The notes beneath the pieces are model-generated. The model ran no database searches and was not told the DNA's origin. It saw only the letters and a program-made list of their open reading frames with translations. Shown piece by piece: positions 49,886-60,276 of a DNA stretch of 60,276 nucleotides. Source of the DNA: Hydrolagus affinis (lineage: Eukaryota); the NCBI GenBank assembly GCA_012026655.1, contig JAAILG010001905.1, positions 1 through 60,276 of the forward strand, given 5' to 3'. The position numbers and the translations under genes were made by a program. Numbering within the stretch: the first letter of the stretch is position 1; the number at the start of each line of letters is the position of its first letter.

Positions 49886-52800
49886 GATCACCGCATTGTT
49901 GATGAGGTGAATAAGGAAGTATGACCACAGGAAATCACAGAGATAAGGTAGTGAAGTGTGTGGCAAGTCATTGGAAAGTTTGAAACAAGGAACTTCAAGT
50001 CAAATTAATGGATATGAATGACAGGATTGCAAACTGCGGAAGCCACAAATTATTCCGCAAAATAATCAAAGGGAGGTAACCATGGGAGGAAAGTTAAAAA
50101 ACAAAATAAAAACTACCATGTACAGTACTCCATCCTGAGCAAACCACCAAATGTCGGGGAGTAAGAATAGTCTTCTGAGCACAATCCATTACCCAACTAA
50201 CACTGTGATATATCAAAATGAGCGAGTGAATTCCTCAAGGCAGTAGTGGAGGAAGTTATTTCCACAAGCCTTTCAGTTAAGCATTCCAGACGGAATCATG
50301 TACTGAGTTCGAAATCCTTAAGGTTCTAAGTTTTCAAAGTTTCGGTCCTGCTCATAAATAACTCTTCTAATATGCCAGGATAAGAAAAAAAAATTATTTG
50401 GGTGTGTTTGTAGCAGCCATTAATTGGAACCAGCAGCTGATTGATGCGTCTAATAGGCAGAAAATAATAATAATACTTGCATTTGATATTGCGCCTCAGC
50501 ACGTCAAGACATCTCAAAAAAGTTTGGTGTGAGTTTCACTTTATTGTACAGTATTACATATCTGCAAATGCTGACACATGACTAAAAGGTATGTATGCAA
50601 TGTAGGTGTTCCATTGGAGGCTGCACTGATAACACAGCAAAGGCAAATAAGCAAAACCATTGCAAAATTTCCATGGGCATATCCTTATATACCATAATAC
50701 TGTACCATAATTCCAATGAATGTGTGACCATTTCCACTAAGAGTCAATGATAAATGAATCTGTATTTGGATTTTGATAATGCGCATTCCTGTTTGCAGTA
50801 CTGTATTGAATCACCCTTTTAAGTCTTGAATTAATGAACTGGAAGGTCGAACAGAGCCTGGCTCTTACGTAATACGCTTTTAGTGTAAGTGTTGACGAGA
50901 AAAGGTGATTTAATGTTTCAAATTAAAACAGAAACTCGCATGTAAGTCTGGTCAAATATTTGGCATGCTTACATTATCTTTGCTGGAATTAAATTATCTT
51001 TACTGGAAGCAGGAACATAAATGTGGTGCTGTTATTTAAAATGAATGGTACTAGTGGAATGTATTCTGAGCAACATTCAAGTTTGACTGGTTCAGAGTCT
51101 TGCCTTATTGGTATGAAACCAGCCCAATCTATTTCGCAAAAGCAGTTTCACTGGATATGGAGAACGCTTCCTCATATTTCTGCTTTCCTTTAAACTCGAG
51201 ATGTGGGCATGTTGCAGGGTGACAATTGTGTTATATTCCAGCCTTGAGTCACTCATTTCTACAGTGATTTTATTAACATGAATAAAGTGCGAACATATTT
51301 GGAGGGATGTCATCTTTTTCCCCTCAATTTCTCCTGTTTGTGAGGTTGTGAGCCTTTTACTGGAGCAATGCCACTCACCCGCAGCATTTGACTAAAGTGA
51401 CCACTTTACACACAAGCGTTGGCAAGTTATTTGAGAGTGGGAGCGCTTCATTTGGCTCCTGTCTCCCTCCAGAAAGTCATCGGTCCACATCAATGAAATC
51501 AAGAGCAACAAAAATCAGTCAAATGCCATCTTTGGAGCTGGATGCGATGGAAGCAAATTGGAGAAAAATCACCAGAGAGAGAAAAAAACACTGACATTAT
51601 TTGTTTGCAGTGGATGTGAAGCAATTTGTTGGGATACATTATACAAGTGGATGGTTTTTCATGAAAGCAACTTTGTTTGCTTGTGTGGAGGGCGCTATAT
51701 AAATGCAAGTTGTTGTGGTTTGTCTGTCTAAACTCTTTTTAAAAAATGTTACCATTGGTACTCATGATTTCAGTCTTTCCGTCCAAATTTCCAAAATTAC
51801 ATTTGCCTCGTAAATTCCGAATTAATTGTAGAATGAAAATCACATTCGTCTTGTAAATTAAAAAAAATCTTTTAATGACGCTTTTGGTGCAAAGGTGATG
51901 TCTACAATTTAAAGCGAAGGCTGTATAGAGATTACAAAGTGAATCATTATCCTCCTAGAAATGACTTGCCACATCACTCGGTGTCACATGCCCTCTTGTG
52001 GTGAGTTACTATAACAAATCCTTTATGACTTTGCTGTTTGTTGGGACATTGCTGTGTGCAAATTGGCTGTTGCACGCAGGCCTACAAAATGGTCACAACT
52101 CTTCACAGCGAAAATCACGTGAACCACCGATGCATCTCAACGATGCAATACGGTGCGAGATCAAACGCAAGGATTATTATCCAAACAAGATTATAAAGCA
52201 TGAAACTCCACGAGTGGAAGGAATTTAAACTGCAACTGTTGGAAAATCTGCAAGAAAAAACAAAAAAAAACAGAAATCCTCAGCAGGTCAAACATACCTG
52301 AAAGAAAATAATAGTTGCATTCGATAATAGCATGTTTCAAGTCAGAAAGACATGTCAAGGGCACTTCACAGGGTTCAGTGTAAAGCTGTATTTTTGTAGG
52401 TAAACAATGTTAAGTTCCATCTATGTATCAACACCTTGGGACGTCCTCCCGACGTGAAAGGCACTCTATAATAAGTGTAATTTTGTTATTGTATGAAACT
52501 TCCACAAACTGAAATTGTGCACATCTATCTATTTGGAATTCAGTGTAGTTGAATTTTTTAAAAAAAATTCTAAATGCATGTGGGTCTTTGGCCAACAATA
52601 TGCATGATTTAAATGCTGTAAAAAAAAGACTACAGCGAACACAATTCCTGCTATATACTGCCCAACTTTATTTATTGCTATTGCAAACCTCCTACGGACA
52701 GAATTATATATAGGTTTTAGCTTGGCCAGAAACTTCCCACCATAGCTCTTAAATGATAAAAAAAAATCAACAGGGTCCAGCAACAAGCAGACAAATTCTA

Positions 52801-53369
52801 CAATTGAAAATGCCCGAGAACAAATTTGCATCTTGGTCACAAGCTTTTAAGAGCAGTGTTGGATTGTTGCTGGTTTCCATTCTCTCCCTCAGGGAATGAA
52901 TACATTCAATATGGAAACAAATTTCAAATTGGCAAGTGAAGTTCCAAAGGGGAACCACTTAAACTTAGGGACCAGAACTGCATTATTGTTGCCTACAAAT
53001 TTTAACGCAACCATTCACATGCACCACTTGTTGTTATAAGAGCAGCATGCACTAGTTACTTAATCACATAAGAGTGTTTTTAGTATATAAATTTCTACAA
53101 TACATGCATTGCACAATCATAAATAGTATCACAAGTCATGACGTTTGCAAAAAAAAAAAACTAAATTTTAATGTAACCTGGACCTACACAAGTTTAGCTA
53201 CGAGTACCTTCACTAGTAAAGAATAAAAGTAACTCTAAGAGGCCAGATTAAATACTATAACCATCAACGATTTAAATCATGCACAAAAATTTCAACCCAA
53301 TGGCACTCGAAATGGAAAAACCCTTTGGCGCACAAAAAACCCAAATGCATTCAGTTTGGTTTAAAGGGG

Positions 53370-53375
53370 TTTATT
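53370..53375 (-). terminator. Candidate polyadenylation signal (AATAAA) for PDIA3; alternatives at 53610-53615 and 52667-52676
   Basis: tttatt on the plus strand about 250 nt past the stop, followed on the minus strand by T/GT-rich sequence. Which site is used cannot be determined from sequence. Confidence 0.45.
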
Positions 53376-53626
53376 GTTCAAAATGTACAAAAACATTCAC
53401 CAGTACAAAATAAGACCAAAACAAAACCTGAATATTTCTGCCCCTTTGCGATTCAGTAACGTGTCAATAGTGCATGTTAAAAATTTGATACAGAATGGGA
53501 CTAGAATGGCCAATTATGGATTTCTCTTAGAAAGTGACTACACCACCACCACCAAGCCTGGTTCCAATTACTTCTTGCATATCCCAATAGTTTCCACGGA
53601 TGAGGTGCGTTTATTGAGTGAGCAAT

Positions 53627-53743
53627 TTACAACTCTTCCTTCTTTCCCTTCTTCTTTTTCGATTTCTTGTCCAACTCCACAGTGGGTGGGTATTTAGCTT
53701 CTTTCTTCAGGTAACCAAGTAAGTCATTTATCTCACGCCCTCC
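53627..53743 (-). CDS. PDIA3: PDIA3 last coding exon (Lys-rich tail, KEEL ER-retrieval signal, stop)
   Basis: aag|GGA GGG CGT GAG ... GAA GAG TTG TAA; [38 protein letters not shown]. Confidence 0.95.
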   Translation of the reverse strand, partial: GGREINDLLGYLKKEAKYPPTVELDKKSKKKKGKKEEL

Positions 53744-56700
53744 CTTGGATTAAAAACAGAACTATAGTCAGTGCAAAGTCTACCTTCAAGAGAATTTGTT
53801 CCAAGCAGCATTAACCTACACTGGATACTCACTATGTCTAATATTCCATCCCCAGCTATTTTTATTTCAACATTACAGCAAACTCACTTGTTAAACAAAC
53901 CCACTAATGTGGTCAAAATTCCTCTCTGTTTGTTGCTGAAATTAGTATTTCCACTGGACAGAAGTGATAGAGAAATTGCACAGGGATGGGTTTTCAACAG
54001 ACCAGGCTTGCACTTCGATGGATAAATCCATCGATAAGACATGGAAAGCGCTGTATAAATCTAAGGATTATTATATTATTATTATTATTAAATGCATTGA
54101 CCTTAAAGATGCTATAAAACGTTTTCATTACATTTAGAGAATGACCCTCTGGGTGATATTTTTTAACCCTCAAAACAAAGTGGTGAACCAAAACTACTGC
54201 CATGTTATGATACAAATAATAGTTGCATTACACCATTATATTAAAAGAAACATTAACTAGAAGAGGAAATTCTATAAGAAAGCTGAACTGAAACTTTCAA
54301 GCGAGAATGAAAATCTCAGTTCCACCCTTGCTACTCTTTTGACATTATAGAGATGATACAGAAGTGGGAGTCATATGCAGATCCTACATACACTAGTACT
54401 GTACATGAAACAAGTTATTTGTTTTTGTGGATGCAAGACGTACCTCATATTTCTTTGGACTTTGCTTTTTGCCCATTGGGGAAAAATAAATTGTCGGGAA
54501 CCTAAAAGTAAAACAAAAATTGCATTAAGTATTTCAGAAAGAAATAAAACACCAACTTGCATTTATCTAGCGGGGCAGCATCCCAGGAGCGCTTGGAAAC
54601 ACTTGTAAAATTTAAGATTGAAGCATTCCAAGTTGGGTTTATTTTGTTCTTACCCTCGGACTTCATACGGTGAAGGCACATCATTGGCTGTCGCATCCAT
54701 CTTAGCAATCACAATGTTGGGATCATCTGCCAACTGTTAAGATAGATGGTGTTAAAAATGTATATTTTTTTAAAAAAAATTAAAGATTCATTTTGCTCAA
54801 TAGCTGGGTTTGGGTGCAGAACACATTCCAACCTTCTCTCCAAGCTCTTTATATTTGGGCTCCAAACTCTTGCAATGGCCACACCAGGGAGCGTAGAATT
54901 CAATCAGCACATCCTTGGTGTCGTCGTTCACAATTTCATCAAAGTTTTCAGCTACCAGAACCTACAAGACGGAAACACTTGTGAAAAAGAAGCAAGCAAA
55001 TGCAGCAGGAGTTCCATTTGTGTAAGAACATTTCCATAACTAATTGATCATATAATCCCTTGTAAGCGCAGACTTTGTTGACAGGGTTTCGGAAGACAAA
55101 TAGCCAATGAAGTTTCCTTGGAACTAGAGTATTGTTCTTCAGTGCACCGTAAGGCCTGGAAAAGTTCTGTCTCATTTCAAGATGTACAACAACTCCTAAC
55201 CCCTTTTGACCCAAAATCTATTTTGGAGCTTCTCTGTATCGCCAGTAAACATTTAATGGAATTCAGGATTGGATCGAGACAGGTTAAACAATTTAGAAAA
55301 ATGAGTTGCTGACCTAGCAGCTGTGGAAAGTGATACAATACAAATTTACACTTATATAATAACTTCTTTCACGTTAGCAGGACGTCCCCAGGTGCCTAAT
55401 AGTGTTGGCTTAGCGCTTGAGTGAAGGTGGGAGCCAGGGGAAGGGAGTGGGGGCCCCCCCAAGCATAACAGTTGTATCTCTAGGCTGACAATTTATATGG
55501 ACACTATCCTGAGGGTTAATACAAAAGGTTTTGGAATGCTAATCATATTGCTTACAGCACAGAACAAAAGCTAAATGCAAGCATTATCAATAGGGTTTCA
55601 CACATGTATTGTGGTGAGAGGAAGAGAAATGTAGGACAAGGACACTATTAAAGAGGTATTCTAAAACAAGGAACCTACCTTCACAGGCCCGTCATTGTTT
55701 TCTGGAATGGGCTCAGATTTCAGGTAGCGTTTCAGCTTGCCATCAAAATAATCCTGAAGGAAAACTTCCAGGGCTTTGCCATTGCGGCTGAAGGGATAAA
55801 AATAAATTAGATTTGTGCCACCAAATTTGTGCCATTGTTCACAAATTTTCTGCTCTTTACCAAAAGCTTTCATAATGCTCCGACATTGCCTGTTCAACCA
55901 TAGGTGAGCAATTGCAGTCAAGTGCAATTTTGTCCTCCCTCCATACATCTCCAGTAAATTGGTGGGTAGCGATCAGAAGATATTCCCCCCCCACCCCCAA
56001 CTTATGCAAGAGGTTAGGTCAATTTTAAGGGGCTTTGTTTCACACCTGCTACCTCAGCAGATCAGGCATTGAGGACTAGACATTCCTGATCTGTGTGGCT
56101 CAGCCATTCACTGAGTGAACTTGCTGAGCTCTAAGGAAATCCCACACGCAATTTTGACCTCTGTTCTTACAGTAGACCTTCTGATTTACTACAGCACAGT
56201 AGTCATACAGCAAGCTTTTCACATGCTTCGGTAACAAAAATGAGAAATTGTGCATTTCACTGGTGTTATTTCAGCTTCGAAGTTTACTATAGTGCACCCC
56301 ACAGACTCCATTGCATTTAAATCATTTTCTAAAACCATTTGCTGTCCTGTCCCACTTGGTCACAGCTAAAGCTTCCACTGATAAAGCCACTTTAACACAG
56401 TGAGGTGCAAAGGGGGCTCTTCATTTCCTGCTACAAGATCCCGCAGAATACTTACGTGAACTCCTCATGCATCACGTATTTATCCCCCTTGGTGGTTTTG
56501 ATCGCCACCACAGGAACCTCACCAGAGGCAGTGTCCAAGCCGAATTCTGAGATATCGTGGCTGAAGGATTTGTGGTTGGCAACGGCAAAGTTCAACTTCC
56601 GACCAGCATCCAGGAATTTCTTGGCAATGAGCATAACCCTGCATAATTGGAAACACGGAAGAGAGAGTTCAATAACCAAGCCTAAAACACAAGAAGCATG

Positions 56701-59523
56701 GACAAATAAAAGACGTAGTCGTGGAGGCACATGGCTACAAGAGGAAGGCAAAAACTCAGCAATAAAGTTTTTTTTTTAAAAAAAGTCAAAAAATACCATC
56801 ACTACATTCTACAGAAAAATCTGATGAACTTTGTGATGTTTCAACATAAGGCATGATATGTATAGATTGTCTATTATTATACCAACCATCCTGTACTTTA
56901 AGTCATATATTCAGTTTGGTGTTCAATTATGGGCATTTGTAGTGTTGTGCAGAAACCAGATTGGGTAATATAATCGGTAGAAAGATATTTATCCCATTAC
57001 TTCCTGCCACAGTTCTGCCAATTAATTTAGTTATTGTATGGGGAATAAAACAAACTTCATTAGGTCTCTCATTTGATCAAATCAGCAGGTTGAAACACAC
57101 TGACAAATAAATACCTATTTCTCCAGTAGTTGGAACCCTTCGGATTTTTCTCATAGTCTACATCGTAATAAGCCACGAGCATATCTTTGTTCTTCATCTG
57201 ATCTTTGTTATCCTCTGTCATGTGGGGGCAGATACCAAAGCTGGAATTGAATGAAAAAAAATAATTGAGCTTCAAAACTCTGTTCCTGCAACATCAGTTT
57301 TAATTTTACAAAATTAAAAGTAACTATTTGGGGGATTTTCTTTGGCTGGCAGTTGATGCAGAAGCTACAAATCTCTCTTAACACAAGTCGCAACTCAACA
57401 CACAAGAACTACTTTTGATCAATGCCATAAATAATCAGTGCCCATGCCCAGAGAAATAAACCATATCAACAACAACAAAATTACACTTGCATAGCACCTT
57501 TCACGTCAGGAGGAGGTCCCACGGCGCCGGACAGTCAATGTTTCAGACCCGAGATGGGATCGGGCACGGGGAGGGTGGAGGAAAGGGGAGGATTTGGGGT
57601 GACCGATGGGACCATCAAAGTGGAGGGTCTTGAAGGAGGCCAGGGAGGGGGCGAAATGGAAGGACTCCCAGGATAGAATTCCAGAGGATAGGGGCGTAGT
57701 GGTTCAAGGTTTGTCTGCCAATGGTGGGGCAGGTGGGTCGGGGTACATGGAGCAGGCCAGAGGGTGGACACGTTGGTAGGGAAAAATATAATGCTAGAAA
57801 TGAGTTATAGAATCTGGACATACATGTTTTCCTGAATAAATGTTTTGAGTTTTGCATTGGTGAACTTCCCTTCCGTGTACTTCACAATGCTGTCCTCAAA
57901 CTTGTTTGCCAGTTTTGGAGATCGGAACAAGAGAACAGCCCTGTCAAAAAAAAAAAGAGAGTATTTTACAGAGGGTTTTAGTGAAGACAAATCCAGTCAC
58001 GTTCTTAAAACAATCCATACATTTCGCTTCTGATCACGGAATTAAAGGAGTTACTGAAATCGAGGAATATTCTGAACTAACGTTTGCTGATGAAGATAAA
58101 AGAGCACAGGAATGAGAAAACTTGACCCATCCATTCACTCCCAGCGCTTTGTAACAAGATGCTGACTTCTGCAGAGTCAAATAATGGGGTAATGAATCAC
58201 AATGTCATTGCTTGGGTGCAACACAACCGCTAGAATGCCAGGAAGCCCAGTACAGAAGTGACAAAACAAATGTGATACAGAATACCGACTTCCAAGCCTA
58301 AAATTATCACTTAGAAGCCTAAACAAAAAGATATAACCTAGAAATATTTGTGTGGAATCACATGGCCGTCATAAAAACCATGCACCTCAGTGGGATAATC
58401 AGGCTGCTCTTTGGTTCTACGTCAATGCAGTGAGAGCTAATAGCTTCATAGGAGAGAAGAGGAATGATGGGACGTTTACTGTTAAAAGACAACTGGCAAT
58501 CAGACCCACGGAATAAAATCCTTAGTCATAAACAGCCACCCAGCTTTTCAATGAGCAGGTACGAATAAGTGATTTGGTACCTACTCATCATCAATTTCAT
58601 ACTGCTGAAGCAAGTCTTTTGAATTGGTTTGCCCAAATCGATAGTTGTCCCTCTGTGCATTTGCTGTTTTAGTGAATTCTGCTTGGGAAGCACTGCCGGA
58701 ATCCGCAAAGAAACCTGCACAACAGAAATGACAGATTAATATTTTAAAAATTAGCCTTTGCTAATTCAACATCAAAGACAGATTTCCACAGCACTATGTG
58801 TTTGGCAACGAGACATCATTCCTTCCCAGTAAAATGTTAAATAGCAATCCCTCTCCCACATCCCTCAAATCTGCGGGTATGTCCAGTTTATTGTAGGTTT
58901 TAAATCCCAGCTGAAACATTGTAGTTAATGGGAACAAACCAAACGCAATCATCAACAAGTTTTCTAACCAATACAAGACTATTTAGTATTAAGGTAACCC
59001 CATGATTTTCATTTAATTGGCAAAACGGATACTGTCCCAAATTGCAATGTGCATTAAACCGATTGATTAGGCAACAACTCTCACCAACAACAGAGCCATC
59101 GATATCACTAATAAAGGCTTCCAATTCTTCGGCGGTTTTAATTTCTACAGAGCTAGGTCCTGCCTGTTTCTTGAGAGTGGTAACAATTCCATCTATGCAG
59201 AGAAAACACATGGATGAGGGTTACTGCTGTGTTCTAAAGGTGTGCAAATCAACAGACACGAGTACCCTGCAATGTGCAAGGATATCTTGGATCATGCCAT
59301 TGCCAGGATTGCAGCCATCACTGACCGAATAACCTTTTGAAGCAGTGCGAGAATCTAATATGTGATGAATAGTTGAATGGTTATTTTCATCAAAGCAGCG
59401 TTTACCTGCTGTTCTGGGTCCGTCATAATCACCAGATTCTTCACCATCGCGGAATATCTTCAAGGTTGGGTAACCACTGACCCCAAACTTGTTGCATGTT
59501 TCTGTATTCGCAGTGCAGTCAAC
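53627..59523 (-). CDS. PDIA3: Protein disulfide-isomerase A3 (ERp57), spliced CDS exons 3-13; 5' end (exons 1-2) outside window
   Basis: Eleven GT-AG exons join in frame to give [29 protein letters not shown] ... [22 protein letters not shown] ... KKGKKEEL*, matching vertebrate ERp57 throughout. Exon sizes are 118/108/130/117/126/183/109/129/80/58/117. Confidence 0.96.
54444..54501 (-). CDS. PDIA3: PDIA3 exon 12
   Basis: tag|G TTC CCG ... TAT GAG|gtacgt; [19 protein letters not shown]; 58 nt. Confidence 0.96.
54654..54733 (-). CDS. PDIA3: PDIA3 exon 11
   Basis: cag|TTG GCA ... CGA GG|gtaaga; [27 protein letters not shown]; 80 nt. Confidence 0.96.
54833..54961 (-). CDS. PDIA3: PDIA3 exon 10 (a' thioredoxin active site WCGHC)
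   Basis: tag|GTT CTG ... GAG AAG|gttgga; [43 protein letters not shown]; 129 nt. Confidence 0.97.
55335..55460 (-). mobile_element. LINE2 3' terminus
   Basis: aatttacacttatat...tttcacgttagcaggacgtcccc. Confidence 0.7.
55679..55787 (-). CDS. PDIA3: PDIA3 exon 9
   Basis: cag|C CGC AAT ... GTG AAG|gtaggt; [36 protein letters not shown]; 109 nt. Confidence 0.96.
56456..56638 (-). CDS. PDIA3: PDIA3 exon 8
   Basis: cag|G GTT ATG ... TTC AC|gtaagt; [61 protein letters not shown]; 183 nt. Confidence 0.96.
57115..57240 (-). CDS. PDIA3: PDIA3 exon 7 (b' domain)
   Basis: cag|C TTT GGT ... AAT AG|gtattt; [42 protein letters not shown]; 126 nt. Confidence 0.96.
57466..57770 (-). mobile_element. LINE2 3' fragment in PDIA3 intron 6
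   Basis: (aac)n aaattacacttgcatagcacctttcacgtcaggagg...; the reverse strand reads [17 protein letters not shown]. Confidence 0.87.
57824..57940 (-). CDS. PDIA3: PDIA3 exon 6
   Basis: cag|G GCT GTT ... AAC AT|gtatgt; [39 protein letters not shown]; 117 nt. Confidence 0.94.
58585..58714 (-). CDS. PDIA3: PDIA3 exon 5 (b domain)
   Basis: cag|GT TTC ... GAT GA|gtaggt; [44 protein letters not shown]; 130 nt. Confidence 0.93.
59085..59192 (-). CDS. PDIA3: PDIA3 exon 4
   Basis: tag|AT GGA ... GTT G|gtgaga; [36 protein letters not shown]; 108 nt. Confidence 0.95.
59406..59523 (-). CDS. PDIA3: PDIA3 exon 3 (a domain, C-terminal part)
   Basis: cag|GTT GAC TGC ... GCA G|gtaaa; [39 protein letters not shown]; 118 nt. 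Confidence 0.95.
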
Positions 59524-59652
59524 CTGGTTACGAGAAAAAGCATGGAATATAATGTTAGAGAAAAAAAACATTTATTTCACAAACTTTTAAATAGGAATTT
59601 TACATAGGATGCTCTACGAAACACAGCTGATTCCAACAGCACCTACATAATA

Positions 59653-59948
59653 AATAATAATGATCCTTGCATTTGATATAGTGCTTTTCACATCTTCTAA
59701 ACGTCTCAAAAAGCTTCACAGAATATAGTGTAAAGTGAATCGACTGTATATTTGTGGGCAAAAGGTAGCAGCCAATTGCGCACAGCATTGACCCACAAAC
59801 GGTCAGCAATTTATTATTTTTTTGAGGGATTATTATCAGGCATGTGGAGTAAGGAAACTTGCCCAGGTTTCACCCTGACCTGCCTGGAAACAAACACAGG
59901 TCTCATGCTTGTAAGGCAAATGCTCGAATCACTGAGCTACAGGACCCC
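59653..59948 (-). mobile_element. Full-length tRNA-headed SINE in PDIA3 intron 2
   Basis: Reverse copy with head (ctgagctacaggacc) and tail (aataat...ccttgcatttgat). Confidence 0.9.
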
Positions 59949-60014
59949 TCTACATCTTAGATGCTACATTGAAATCACCATGCATTCCTATGTCATTTTA
60001 ATGCATCAGGTTGA

Positions 60015-60061
60015 CTGTGTAACTGACACATCTGTGTAACAGTTACATCTGTGTAACTGAC
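60015..60061. repeat. 17-bp tandem repeat (about 2.8 copies) with an internal inverted repeat
   Basis: ctgtgtaactgacacat / ctgtgtaacagttacat / ctgtgtaactgac. Confidence 0.8.
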
Positions 60062-60276
60062 CTCAATCAGTACCAGTGACCTCCAATTTTATTTTTTCAA
60101 AATACAGCTTCGAAACTCAAACTATAGTGTTAAAATGAAAAAGATGGCCAGGTGACTGCTGGTGACAGCATTTTGCTCACAAAGTGAAATCAGATGCCTT
60201 TTATGAGTGAAGCATGAAGGAAATGACATTAGCAGTATTTCCTGCAAACATTCCACAGTAACAACAACAACAACAA

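Noticed and set aside
56405-56779. 124-aa plus-strand ORF (also 54746-55039 and 59042-59332)
   Set aside because: Antisense to PDIA3 exons.
1-60276. Prokaryotic-type systems (operons, defence islands, prophage, intact transposase or RT)
   Set aside because: The window has spliced vertebrate genes, no ORF over about 155 aa, and only truncated retroelement remnants.

Overview
Vertebrate nuclear DNA, not prokaryotic. It is probably from a cartilaginous fish (holocephalan-like), inferred from the dense tRNA-headed Deu-type SINE, LINE2 and CR1 repeats. Two spliced genes lie on the minus strand. (1) PDIA3/ERp57: exons 3-13 at 59523 down to 53627; exons 1-2 lie beyond the right edge. It has the a' WCGHC active site and a C-terminal KEEL. 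(2) About 10 kb downstream is the 5' part of a divergent Munc13/UNC13-family gene (ATG at 43759). I traced a frame-consistent chain of exons encoding a complete C2A domain, the DSDYRS linker motif and a calmodulin-binding-type W-x3-I-x2-V motif. No recognisable C1/C2B/MUN exon occurs in the remaining ~18 kb. The most notable observation is that this C2A keeps the RIM-binding residues (I121, E128, E137 in Munc13-1 numbering) but has Thr instead of the homodimerisation lysine K32. Other leads are candidate alternative first exons and internal promoters, and an inverted SINE pair flanking a frame-symmetric exon 3-5 block. All exon calls come from manual translation and splice-phase checks, and family comparisons are from memory; no database search was run.
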